Positions 1-12,162 of a stretch of DNA of 64,000 bases are shown piece after piece. The first letter of the stretch is position 1. Every line of letters begins with the position of its first letter. The notes under the pieces were generated by a model. The model searched no databases. It had not been told where the DNA came from and saw only the letters and a list, made by a program, of their open reading frames with translations. Source of the DNA: the human T2T-CHM13v2.0 reference genome, Homo sapiens; assembly GCF_009914755.1 (NCBI RefSeq), contig NC_060927.1; one strand, given 5' to 3'. The translations under genes and the position numbers were made by a program.

Positions 1-402
1 TTTACTTCTCTCGGCTTGTCCTAACACAGTTCTTTCAAAAAACTTAGATTGTTTAAATGCCAGGTAAGACACAAAGTTTACTTACAGACAGGATAATGGG
101 CTGACTTTGCTTTGCGCATGTTAGACATAATTTTCTCCACCTTATTTTTAAGTTCATAATATTGAGCAGGATAAGTATGTTCTAAAGCAGTTCTTTGGTT
201 GCTGTCTCCTGCTGATTAAAGGAACTGATTCAAGGTGTCACAGGTAGGGCTTTCTTCTTTAGTCACCTCTTAGAAGGTCCCACGCCGCCCCAGCTTCTTT
301 CAGGACCCCAGCCATACAAACACCTGTAGTAGCGATGAAGTAGGGCAGGGCAACGGGACTTCCCAGAGGAGAGCGGCTGTAAGAGGAAGGCCACATTTCT
401 AA

Positions 403-555
<153 letters not shown>

Positions 556-1010
556 CTGCCACTAGGCAGCTAGCCCACCTCCCCAGCCACCCTCCTCCAC
601 AGGTCCAGGTGCCGCTCCCTCCCCCACCACACATCAGTGTCTCCTCCCTCCTGCTTTGCTGCCTTCCCTTTGCACCAGCCCGAGTCTAGGTCTGGGCCAA
701 GCACATTACAAGTGGGACCGGTGGAGCAGCCCCTGGGCTCCCTGGGCAGGGGAGTTCTGAGGCTCCTGCTCTCCCATCCACCTGTCTGTCCTGGCCTAAT
801 GCCAGGCTCTGAGTTCTGTGACCAAAGCCAGGTGGGTTCCCTTTCCTTCCCACCCCTGTGGCCACAGCTCTGGAGTGGGAGGGTTGGTTGCCCCTCACCT
901 CAGAGCTCCCCCAAAGGCCAGTAATGGATCCCCGGCCTCAGTCCCTACTCTGCTTTGGGATAGTGTGAGCTTCATTTTGTACACGTGTGACTTCGTCCAG
1001 TTACAAACCC

Positions 1011-1016
1011 AATAAA
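1011..1016 (+). terminator. AP2M1: AP2M1 polyadenylation signal AATAAA
   Basis: AATAAA about 455 nt after the stop codon, followed by GT-rich downstream sequence (gtgttgatgtgg, ggtgttg). Confidence 0.85.
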
Positions 1017-1567
1017 CTCTGTAGAGTGGAGTTGCTGGCTTAGTGTTGATGTGGGAGCTACATGGGGAGGGAACTGGTGTTGCTCTCCGTGCAGTTTTCT
1101 GTACTGAATACTCTAAAGGCTCTTTCCTTGTCTTGTCCCAGTTAGGCCCCTCCTGGGCCATCCAAGCCCTTATCCTTGTGGGTTCTGGGCCCAGGTTTCC
1201 TGGCTCCTCTTAGAAAGCCTCAAGGGCATGCAGCCGCAGCGGGCCCCAGTACCCTGGGGATAGATTCTTTCCCTAGCTCCTTTTTATTCCCCCTGGTCCT
1301 CGGACTCCTAGGCTCAAGAGATCTTACCTGCCCCAGCCTCTGGAGTAGCTGGGATCACAAGCACGCACCACCACAGCACCCAGCTCTTTCTCTAATTCTT
1401 AGGCAGATGTTTTCTAATTAGATTAAGCATAAATTAAGTGTGAAGTTTACATTTGGTCTTGTAGCCATCCTAAGAAATTGACCTTTTAATTCCATCATTT
1501 ACCCAAGCTTCCCAAATCTTGCTGACTGGGTGGTAGGAGGAAAGATTTGCAAGGAGAATAACATAAT

Positions 1568-1870
1568 GGACTGGGCGCGGTGGCTCACACTGTAATCCCA
1601 GCACTCTGGGAGGCCGAGACGGGTGGATCACCCGAGGTCCGGAATTCGAGACCAGCCTGACCAACATGGGGAAACCTCGTCTCTACTAAAATTACAAAAT
1701 TAGCCGGGCGTGGTGGTGCATGCCGGTAATCCCAGCTATTCGGGGGCTGAGGCAGGAGAATCGCTCGAACCCAGGAGGTGGAGGCTGCGGTGAGCCAAGA
1801 TCACGCCACTGTACTCCAGCCTGGGCAACAAGAGCGAAACTCCTTCTCAAATTAAAAAAAAAAAAAAAAG
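1568..1870 (+). mobile_element. Alu (AluS-type) SINE
   Basis: Full dimeric Alu, ggactgggcgcggtggctcac through to a poly(A) tail. Confidence 0.92.
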
Positions 1871-2499
1871 AATATAATGAATCTCCATGTCTCATCACCC
1901 AGCTTCAACTATGATCAATGCGTGGCCAGTTCCTTAATATCACATCCAGTCTGTGTTCACTTAACCAGGTGTCTTATCAAATTTTTCCAGATAAGGTCCA
2001 TTGTGGTTGGTTAATGCTCCTCAAATTTTAAAAATTGATGTTTCCCTTCAGGTCTTGCAATTTTGTGGAAGAAACCAGAGTTCTGTAGTTTACCACATCA
2101 GAATTTGCCTGTTGTCCCCATGAAGTCACTTAACATATTCCTCTTTACCTGTATTTCCTGTAAAATGGTTCAATATCGGGATTGATGCCTCATGATGGCA
2201 ATGTTTAATCCAAAGGGATGAATGGGTAATAATGTAATTTTCGGTGCCACTTTTAGAGACCAATTGGAGGAATATTCACGTTAAATATAAAGCAGTAGCA
2301 TCATTTTGGAGGAAATTCCTAACTTCCCGAGGGAATCGGTGAAAGGAAATAGCCTTTTATTGGCATTTATTGAGTGCAGAGAAGTCTGCTCAGGGTGTAG
2401 GTAGGGAATAATTTATACAGGCCACGTTGTCCTGGTTTTCTTGCCCTTTGGCGGTGGATTTGGTCGTGCCCTGGGGTGGTGGAAGAACTGAATGGGCTT

Positions 2500-3650
2500 A
2501 ATTCACAAAGGTCGGCTGAATTACACAGTGAAAAGGCGGTCGCGGCGGGGAGGCGGGTGGCGCTGGCCACCAGGCTGAGAAGCCCGTAGGGTCTGGGGAC
2601 CCGCGAAAGCAAAGCACTGAGCAGGGGGCTTCTGAGAGTCAGGGACCGGGGTGAGTCAGCAAAGCTCTGGGCAGGCTCCAAAATGGGCCTGACTGGGTAC
2701 GCACCAGCAGCAGACGCGCCTCGAGGGAGCGCATAAAACCTGGCAAAGCCAAAGTGCTTTATCAGCCGCCTGCCTCTTGGGAGGCTCCCACCCGCCAGAC
2801 CACGGGTGCCTCGCGGCCCCGATAAACCTTGAGCTCCCAGCCTTTGCCCCACCCCTCGCTCCCGGAACTCCACCTCCCAGAAGGCAGCGAGAACCGCACA
2901 TGTGGCTAATCTTTCAGCGGAAAAGGTGTCGCGCACGCGCAGAGAGCGCGGCTCCGGCGCAGACTCGGCGCCTCTCCTCAAGGCCCCGCTCGCCCCGCCC
3001 ACCGGGCTCTGCGCACTCCGCTCCTTTCCTGCGTCACCGCTACACATGCGCCTTGCAAGGAAGGGCGAGATTTCGGGGGCAGGGCGGCGGGGCGGGCCTA
3101 GGCCGGGGTCTCACAGCGACTGCGCGGACGGGTTCCTGAGTGGAACATGGCGACTTGCGCCGAAATCCTGCGGAGCGAGTTCCCCGAAATTGACGGACAA
3201 GTCTTCGACTACGTGACCGGTAAGCAGAACTGAATCGGCCGGCTGGGGAGACCGAAGTGGAGGCCGGGGGAAAGTCTAAGCGAGCGTCGTGCCCGGGACT
3301 GTTGCCAGGCCTCTCCTCTGCATGACCTCTTGTCCCGGGGGCTGGTTGGGTCTGGAGCCTGGACTGGGGCCTCTGTTTGGGGACTGAAACTGCTTGTGTG
3401 TCCACCCTACCCGATACCTTCCTCGTTCTACCACGCCCTGCCCAGGCGTCTTGCACAGCGGCAGCGCGGACTTCGAGTCTGTGGATGACCTGGTGGAAGC
3501 TGTAGGGGAACTATTGCAAGAGGTGTCCGGGGACAGCAAGGATGACGCGGGCATCAGGGCCGTGTGCCAGCGCATGTACAACACTCTGCGTCTGTATGTG
3601 CCAGGGAGTAGGGGTTGATGGGGGCGAAGGGACGGCGAACGGTCCGGAGA
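2500..3650. promoter_or_regulatory. ABCF3: CpG island / ABCF3 promoter
   Basis: High GC and CpG density spanning exons 1-2. NRF1-like GCGCACGCGCA at 2931-2941, GC boxes near 2990 and 3085-3097, YY1-like AACATGGCG over the ATG. Confidence 0.85.
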
Positions 3651-6600
3651 CAAGAGGTGGGGGAGGAAGACCTGATGGCCATAGAGCTTTTCCCTCAACT
3701 CCTAACTCTGCGCTTTCTATCCCTACCCACATAGGGCTGAGCCACAAAGCCAGGGAAATAGCCAGGTGCTACTGGACGCCCCTATCCAGTTGTCAAAGAT
3801 AACGGAGAACTACGGTGAGAGTGAGGGGAGGTTGAACTAACTGCCCCCCTGTGCTTTTCTCCGCCCCCAACCATCTGCTGCCTGCAGCTTAGGGCTCCTA
3901 CGTCTTTTCCACAGGACAAGGTTGTAGGAGCTAGTTGATGTCTTTACCGAGGGCAGAAGAGCCCATGATGGGGGTGGGGAGGAGGTTGGAGGGTTCTCCC
4001 TCCAAGCTCTTGGGTAGGGTAGGAAGCATAAGAGCCTGGAGCTGGACAGACTTGCTTTCACCCCCAGTTTTGCAACTTGCTAACCAGCTGCATGATCTTG
4101 TAAGAGTTGGTTATCTGTCCCCAGCCTCGTCTATGCCTCTGTATCCTTCTACGTGAGTTTTGTTTTGTTTTGTTTTGTTTTGTTTTTAGTGCAGGGAAGA
4201 TAATAGCCATCTATCTGCAGTATTATAAGGTTTTGTAGAAAACATCTGTGTCTGTGCCTGGTTCCTATTAGTCACTCAAAATGTTAGTTTCCCTTCCCTC
4301 AGGGAGAAGGTGACTGCTTTTCTTATCGCTTACAGACTGTGGAACCAAACTTCCAGGACTGCTAAAGAGGGAACAGTCCTCGGTGAGGAGGAGGAAGCAA
4401 GGGAGGGGACTGTCTGTGATGGGGTTGGGAGTTGACTGTCTAATTGGAGTATCTTTTGGGGGGATTTCTGACTATGTCTTTTCCTGAGCCTTTGAGTCTG
4501 TTCATCATGGGTAAGTTAAGAGGGTTTACTCGAGATGTTCTCTCTTGGGGTTCCTTTCTGAGCCTACACCCGAGAGTGAAGTCGATGTGTTTGGACCCTT
4601 AGACAGTGAATGCAAAGAAGTTAGAGAAGGCCGAGGCTCGACTTAAGGCAAAGCAGGAGAAGCGCTCAGAGAAGGACACGCTCAAGACCAGCAACCCTCT
4701 GTGAGTGGGGGAAGCATGGCTCAGAAGAGAGCAGAGCAGCTTTTGCCTGGACAGAAGGTGGTGGGGAGCACTAAGAGCTGTCCATTTCTCCCTTTAAAGA
4801 GTCTTAGAAGAGGCATCAGCCAGCCAGGCAGGCAGCAGAAAGGAGAGTCGGTTGGAATCATCTGGCAAGAACAAATCCTATGATGTGCGAATTGAGAACT
4901 TTGATGTGTCTTTTGGCGATAGGTGAGGGAATAGTGGTGGCAGGGGTTGGCTTTCTTTTTCTAATTAGAGGACAATTTGGAGAGGTGAAACGGGGCTATA
5001 AACAATGTTAGGTTTGTCATTAAACTTGCTGTGCACCTATTTCTAGAGCATCTTTGGTCTCCTTTCTCCACTCCTGCAGAGTACTGCTGGCTGGAGCGGA
5101 TGTGAACCTGGCATGGGGCCGCCGTTACGGGCTGGTGGGGCGGAATGGGTTGGGGAAGACAACGTTACTGAAGATGCTGGCCACCCGGAGTCTGCGGGTT
5201 CCAGCCCACATTTCCCTGCTGCACGTTGAGCAAGAGGTTGCTGGAGATGACACTCCTGCCCTGCAGAGTGTGCTGGAGAGTGACAGTGTGCGAGAGGATT
5301 TGCTACGGAGGGAGCGGGAGCTCACTGCCCAGATTGCTGCTGGCAGGTGAGGACTCCCGGCTAGGGAGTAACTAGCAGCCGCTGTCGCTTACAGAGCGCC
5401 TGCCGTCCTGGAACAATCCATAATTTGCATGTACATCCTAGTAATCAGCAGAGCTTAGAACTTGGCACTCTGGGACTCAGAAGCCCTTGTTCTTTCCACA
5501 GTGCCCATTGCCCTTTCTTGTTCTTTCCACAGTGCCCATTTCCATAGTGCCCAAGGTAATGAGCACTGTGCAAACCCTTCCTGTATTCTCTTCCTCTTCC
5601 AGCCACAAGGTAGCCAATGGCCTTTCCAACGGTATAGGGTGCAGGACATCCTCCTAGACTGCCCCCGCTTAGGCCAATTGCTGTTTCTCCTCCCTCCAGG
5701 GCGGAGGGCTCTGAAGCTGCAGAGCTGGCAGAAATCTATGCCAAACTGGAGGAGATTGAGGCTGACAAGGCACCTGCCAGGTATTTAAAGCTCCCCCTCC
5801 CTCCTTCAGATTTCCTTTCCCTTCTGTGGACTGTTCCAACTGAGTTCTTCGATTTCTTCTCTACTAGGGCATCAGTCATTCTCGCTGGGCTTGGCTTTAC
5901 CCCTAAAATGCAGCAGCAGCCCACCCGGTGAGTGACCCTTGCCATTCTTGGCTTTGAACCCTGTTGTCTCAGCCCCTTCCTGCCCTGATGAACACCCACC
6001 CATAATGTGACTCCATCATTCTTTAGGGAGTTCTCAGGTGGCTGGAGGATGAGGCTGGCCCTGGCCCGGGCCCTCTTTGCTAGGTGAGTCTCCTGGGCCA
6101 GTGTATGAAGCCCTATGGAAGATTGGTCTTAGCTCTTGGGAGGTGGCATGAGTTGCTGACCTAAAACCTCAGGCCATGTATTCTTTTTCATAGGCCAGAT
6201 CTTCTGCTGTTAGATGGTGAGTTTGAAATGGGGCACCCTGACTTTAGGATGGGCAGGGGTGGTAGCATCCAAGTTCCTAGTTCTCCAGCCCTTCAATCCC
6301 AAGTGTGTGCTCCCCTGCTTCTCCAGAACCTACAAACATGCTGGATGTCAGGGCCATCCTGTGGCTGGAGAATTACCTGCAGGTGAGTGCCTGTGGGTGC
6401 TGGAGTGTGTTGGGGAAAGGCGGCCTCCAAGATACCTGGGGGCCTGAGAACTGACTGCCCTCCCAAACCGGGCCTGCTGTCCTGTGACCCCTCAGACGTG
6501 GCCCTCCACCATCCTAGTCGTCTCCCACGACCGCAACTTCTTGAATGCCATCGCCACAGACATCATCCACCTGCACAGCCAGCGGCTAGATGGTTACCGG

Positions 6601-8679
6601 GGAGACTTTGAGACCTTCATCAAGAGTAAGCAGGAGCGGCTGCTCAACCAGCAGCGTGAATATGAGGCGCAGCAGCAGTATCGCCAGCACATCCAGGTGT
6701 GGGGCCTGGCAGGGCTGGGGGTCCCATCCCAGGGGTTCCAGAGTGGGGGATAGTGGGGGAATTTGACCAATGCCTACACTCCTCCACCTGCAGGTTTTCA
6801 TTGACCGGTTTCGCTACAATGCCAACAGGGCCTCTCAAGTGCAGAGTAAACTCAAGATGCTGGAGAAGCTGTGAGTACAGCATCCTTGGCCAGGGCCTGA
6901 CTCCTGTTCTCTTCGTCTCCTTCCGCATTTGCACGCCACCCTTGCCCTACCATTCTAGGTCTCCCCTTCGCTAGAAGCCAACTGTGACTTCCTCCTCTGC
7001 TGGGAAGCAGAGTATTCCACACTGTTCTTGGAGGGCTAATCTTGACTAGCACGTGGCAACCACTAATTTACTTTCTGTTTCTGCTTCTACGTATCTGCTT
7101 ATTCTGGGCATTTCATATAAATGGAATCATACAATATGACCTTTGTGCCTGGCGTCTTTTACCTGGCGTCATGTGTGAGGCTCATCCATATTGTAGCGTG
7201 CGTCAGAGCTTCATTTCTTTTCGTGGCTGGATAATATTCTGTTGTGTGGATATACAGCATTTTGTTTATTGAGTCATGAGGGGCCATTTGGGTTGTTTCC
7301 ATTTTGGTTATTATGAATAATGTTGCTGTGAACATTGGTGTACAAATTTTTGTGTGGACATATGTTTTCAGCTTGCTTGGGTGTATACCTAGGCGCAGAA
7401 TTGCTGGGTTACCTGGTAATTCCAAATTAATGTTTTGAGGAACTGTCAAACTGTTTTCTAAAGCAACAACATCATTTTACATTCCTACCAACAAGGGATG
7501 AGAGTTCCAATTTCTCCATGTCTTTGGCAGCACTGTTATTGACTTTTTTTTTTTAGTTTTAGCCATCCTAGTGGCTGTGAAGTGATAGCTCATTGTGGTT
7601 TTGATTTGCATTGCCTTAATAACTAATGATAATGTGCATTGGGAGTTTAATTTTGAAGTGCCCTTTCTATAAGTGCTGGCAGGAAGCTTAAAATCATAAA
7701 GCTTAGATGTTTGCGACGTGGAAACATATCACAATATAGTAACTGGGGATAAAAAGTCACAAAAAGCCTAATTCTATTTTTTAGCATACAGTAAATGAGA
7801 AGAATGGACTCTAAAGTAATGATACCTGAGTGGTAGGAGTACAAGCCCTTTCTAAGTTTTCTCTGAACATATATTACTCGTGTAGGAAGTTATTTTTTTA
7901 AGTAATAAATTTAGTCTACCTCATCTCTTCTCCCAGGCCTGAGCTGAAGCCTGTGGACAAGGAATCAGAGGTCGTAATGAAGTAAGTGCTGGGCCAGTGG
8001 GGCTGGTGGGGAATTGCTTGCTTCCAGCTGCCCCCACATCCTCACCCCTACCTCCTGCAGGTTCCCTGATGGGTTTGAGAAGTTCTCGCCGCCAATTCTG
8101 CAGCTAGATGAGGTGGATTTCTACTACGATCCGAAGCACGTCATCTTCAGTCGCCTCTCTGTGTCTGCTGATCTCGAGTCTCGCATCTGTGTGGTAAGGC
8201 TGCTGTTTCTCTGTGCTGCGAGCTGGGACTCTCCTGTCTAAGTGTGTGGTGTGGATTGGCCCAGATCCTCAGGCTGTAAAGGGACGAGGTCTATGGAACA
8301 GGAGTGAGGGCCCGGGCTAAGGATTTTGCAGGACTTACACTAGCCCTGTCCTCTGGCCGCACAGCGCTGCTCTTCAGGGAGGAAGAGCCTAGTGTATAGT
8401 GTTTTAAAAATACTTAAAAATACTTAAAGCAGTGCTTTACCTTATTGGTCTCGGTTCTGAGTTTTCTAAACCTGGAGACATTGAGGAGAGAGCATGGGCT
8501 TCAGGGTCAGACTTCGGATCTTGACTATGCCATTTCCTAGCTTGGTTACCAAGCAGCTTCCTAACTCTTAAGATGGCGCTGACATCTACCTCACTTGGTT
8601 CTTGGGAAAAGTAAGTCCCCAGCACTTAGCAAATACTCAAGTATTGCTCACCTTAGTATATGCATTTTTCTGTAGAGTT

Positions 8680-8710
<31 letters not shown>

Positions 8711-10645
8711 CGGAGACAGAGTCCTGCCCTGTTGCCCCGGCTGGAGTGCAATGGCACAATCTTGGCTCACCGCAGCTTTCGCCTCCCGGGTTCAAACAGT
8801 TCTCCCTCAGCCCCACAAGTAGCTGAGATTACAGGCACCCGCCACCATGCCCAGCTAATTTTTTGCATTTTTAGTAGAGATGGGGTTTTACCATATTGGC
8901 CAGGCTGGTCTCAAACTCCTGACCTCAAATGATCTGCCTGCCTCAGCCTCCCAAAGTGCTGGGAATACAGGCCTGAGCCACCGTGCCCGGCTAGAGTCCT
9001 TAAAAATATTTTTTTGGTTGTTGAAGGAGTCATCGGGACTGGGGACTGCCTGGGACCCCTTCTAATTTCCTTCTCCTCTGTGTTACACACAGCGGTGCTC
9101 TTTTTATTGATACATAATTGTACATATTTATGGGGTACAGAGTGATACTTCCATGCATGTATACAATGTGTAATGATCAAATCAGGGTAATTAGCATATT
9201 CATCATAAACATTTATCACTTTATGTTGGGAACATTCAGAATCTTCTAGCTTTTTGAAAATGTACAGTCTATCATTGTGAACTGTAGCGTCCCTGCAGTG
9301 CTGTAGAACCCTAGAACTTATTCCTCCATTCCTCCTATCTAACTGCAATTTTGTTTCAGTTAACCAACCTCTCCCGAACCCCTCTCTCAATTCCCCTCCT
9401 CCCCCCTTATCCTTCCCAGCCTCTAGTAACCACAACTCTGCTCTCTACTTCTATGTGCTCAACACTTTTTAGTGCCCACATATGAATGAGAACATACCGT
9501 ATTTATTTTTCTGGCACACACTGTATGACATTTTCATGTTTCTTAAGGTTGGAGAGAATGGGGCTGGGAAGTCTACCATGCTGAAGCTGCTTTTGGGGGA
9601 CCTGGCACCTGTTCGGGGCATCAGACACGCTCACAGGTCAGGCCCACCCGCACCCCTGCCCCCATGAGCACATTTGCAGGCACCCATGCTGCCTGCGCTC
9701 CTTCGTGGCCATTGCCTTTGTCTGTTTTTCCACCTCGGCTTCTGCCTGCAGGAATCTGAAGATTGGCTATTTCAGCCAGCACCATGTGGAGCAGCTGGAC
9801 CTAAACGTCAGTGCTGTGGAACTGCTGGCACGCAAGTTTCCTGGTGAGTTAGGGATTTGAGTCGGGGGAAGAGTTTGAGTAGGGAAGAGGGCTGAGGCTG
9901 ACCCCGGCAGCTAGGCCTGCCTTGGGGTGCGTGCAGAGCAGCCCCGCCAAGCCTAGATGGAAGGACATGGGGACTTGGAGGTGTGGCTGGAGGGCACAGG
10001 GAGGGTGTTGGGCCAAGAAGCCACCTGATCTGGGGAGTCCTTTTCCAGGGCGGCCTGAGGAGGAGTACCGTCACCAGCTGGGTCGGTATGGCATCTCCGG
10101 AGAACTGGCCATGCGTCCTCTTGCCAGCCTGTCTGGGGGCCAGAAGAGCCGAGTGGCCTTTGCTCAGATGACTATGCCCTGGTGAGGCCTCATTTTCCAG
10201 AGCTCTTCCCCTCCCATTTCCCCTTCTTGCCCAGTAGAAAACTGTATCAGAAGGCTTTATTTTCTCTCACCGCACCCCTTCACTGCCCACCTTCCTGGTT
10301 CTGCCTTCCAGCCCCAACTTCTACATTCTGGATGAACCCACAAACCACCTGGACATGGAGACCATTGAGGCTCTGGGCCGTGCCCTCAACAATTTCAGGG
10401 TGAGTGTGCCTTCACCCTGACCACTCCTCCCAGGCCTCGGTGCCTCTTGTGTCCCCCTGAGCACCTCCTGCCCTCCTGTCTTTCAGGGTGGTGTGATTCT
10501 GGTGTCCCACGATGAGCGCTTTATCAGGCTGGTGTGCCGGGAGTTGTGGGTATGCGAAGGAGGCGGCGTCACCCGTGTGGAAGGAGGATTTGACCAGTAC
10601 CGCGCCCTCCTCCAGGAACAGTTCCGCCGCGAAGGCTTCCTCTAG
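3147..10645 (+). CDS. ABCF3: ATP-binding cassette subfamily F member 3 (GCN20-like soluble twin-ABC ATPase), 709 aa, 21 exons
   Basis: All introns GT-AG. Exons: 3147-3219, 3446-3593, 3735-3814, 4336-4382, 4603-4700, 4800-4922, 5080-5346, 5700-5780, 5868-5927, 6027-6083, 6194-6216, 6327-6382, 6496-6696, 6794-6870, 7937-7981, 8061-8193, 9548-9636, 9752-9843, 10049-10181, 10312-10399, 10487-10645, total 2130 nt in one open frame. Starts [28 protein letters not shown]1 motifs GRNGLGKT / FSGGW / LLLLDEPTN / VSHD; NBD2 motifs GENGAGKS / LSGGQ / [12 protein letters not shown] / VSHD. Confidence 0.97.
7050..7640 (-). mobile_element. Old L1M (L1MB-like) 3' fragment in ABCF3 intron 14
   Basis: Typical antisense L1M motifs: caaccactaat...catttcatataaatggaatcata, ttttgaggaactgtcaaactgttt, attgtggttttgatttgcatt. 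Confidence 0.8.
8682..8991 (-). mobile_element. Alu (AluS) in ABCF3 intron 16
   Basis: Poly(T) followed by both antisense Alu arms. Confidence 0.92.
9100..9510 (-). mobile_element. L1MA 3' end fragment in ABCF3 intron 16
   Basis: tttattgatacataattgtacatatttatggggtacag...ccttcccagcctctagtaaccac matches the antisense L1MA 3'UTR pattern. Confidence 0.8.
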
Positions 10646-10932
10646 GGCCACCAGGCTGAGGACTCGCCCAGGACATGGACTGGTCTCTCAGACCCCTGGG
10701 CCACCATGTAGGCCACCACTCCAGGCCGTGGACTTCCCCCAACTTGGGGACAGCCTTATTCCCAAATGTCTCTATCCTTTTGACTGGAGCATCTTCTGCA
10801 CAACCTTGGGAGCCCATCCAAGGGTTGGTGAGGACTGGTCTCCCGGGGGTGGGGGTCTGGGGGGTACCCTCTGGGGTTATAGATTCCCCCACTGCCCCAG
10901 CTCTGACTGGACCCCAAGTGGCTGCTATGTAA

Positions 10933-10938
10933 ATTAAA
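10933..10938 (+). terminator. ABCF3: ABCF3 polyadenylation signal ATTAAA
   Basis: Variant PAS about 290 nt after the stop codon, with upstream TGTA and downstream T/GT-rich sequence. Confidence 0.75.
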
Positions 10939-11862
10939 TCTCTCCCCGCGTCTCCTTTGCCTCATGTCTGCTGCTCCCTGGGCAGTGGTTGCCTCCTACT
11001 GAGGGCTGTGGACTCTCGGATTGGCGTTTTCCTATGGCACTTGTATCCCTCACGTGTAGGAAGCAATAGCAGCACCAGCCTTGCCTCTAGAAGAGACATT
11101 GTCAAGCTACTGGGGCATGGAGGTCATCTGCCTGCCTGACCTTGGGGTGGGCTGAGCCAGTGGAATGAAGGGCAGTGTATTGGCATCATTGCGGTGCTGT
11201 TAGCCCTAGCCTGGGCTCAGCCTCAGCTGAAGGGGTCTTGGGTTCTGTCGTCACAGCCCCCACTGATGGGCAGTTGAACTGATTGTGTAACCTGGCCTCA
11301 CACGTGGCCAGCTGCTTTCTCCAGTCATATCTGGCTCCGGCTTGCCCTGCTTTTCTGCTCTCTAGACTCAGCACTGAAGAGAAACCATCTTTGTCCTCAC
11401 TTTGCTTGGGTGATTGCATGTTCTTTATATTTCCTCTAACCATATAGGAGGGGCCTGGGAAATAGGGAATTTAGGACAGGGTCTAACAGGAAGGCATGGA
11501 ACACTTTCTTTTCAAATGAAGCAATCTTTAAGAGGGGAGAGATGTTGAACACAGGTAGTATCATTTATAAATATTATTTCTTGAGGAGTTAGCTGTTATA
11601 TGTCATTGTTATGCAGAGGACGTTAAAATAGAGACATTTGAGCTGAGCACAGTGGTACGCACCTGTAGTCCCAGCTGTTGGGGAGGCCAAGGTGGGAGGA
11701 TTGCTTGAGCCCAGGGGTTTGCGGCCAGCCTGGGAAACTTAGCAAGACCACTTCTCTCAAAAGAAAAAAATAAAACAGACATATTGCGTTGCTCTCAGTG
11801 ACAACAAAGTCAGCAGAAAGAACTTGCCGCCTTCATGCAGATTGTAGTCAAAAAGCTCGACC

Positions 11863-12162
11863 AGGCCAGGAGCAGTGGCTCACGCCTGTAATCCCAGCAC
11901 TTTAGGAGGCCAAGGTGGGCAGGTCACCTGAGGTCAGGAGTTCAAGACCAGCCAGGCCAACATAGGGAGGCCCCGTCTCTACTAAAAATACAAAAATTAG
12001 CCAGGTGTGGTGGCACATGCCTGTAGTCCCAGCTACTCAAGAGGCTGAGGCAGGAGAATAGCTTGAACCTGGGAGGCGGAAGTTGCAGTAAGCTGAGATC
12101 GTGCCATTGCACTCAGCCTGGGCGACAGAGCGAGACTTCTTCTCAAGAAAAAAAAAAAAAAA
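11863..12162 (+). mobile_element. AluSx-type SINE (preceded by a FLAM/Alu monomer at about 11640-11770)
   Basis: Full dimeric Alu with poly(A). Confidence 0.9.

Noticed and set aside
2367-3047. 226-aa antisense ORF upstream of ABCF3
   Set aside because: GC-rich promoter artefact with no recognisable homology. A divergent non-coding transcript is possible but cannot be supported from sequence alone.
7645-7930. AT-rich unique stretch in ABCF3 intron 14 considered as an intronic snoRNA
   Set aside because: No convincing paired C/D boxes with a terminal stem, and no H/ACA two-hairpin layout.
10656-10837. TGAGGACT matches to the miR-1224-5p seed in the ABCF3 3'UTR
   Set aside because: They are identical to the miRNA rather than complementary, so they are not target sites on the ABCF3 mRNA.
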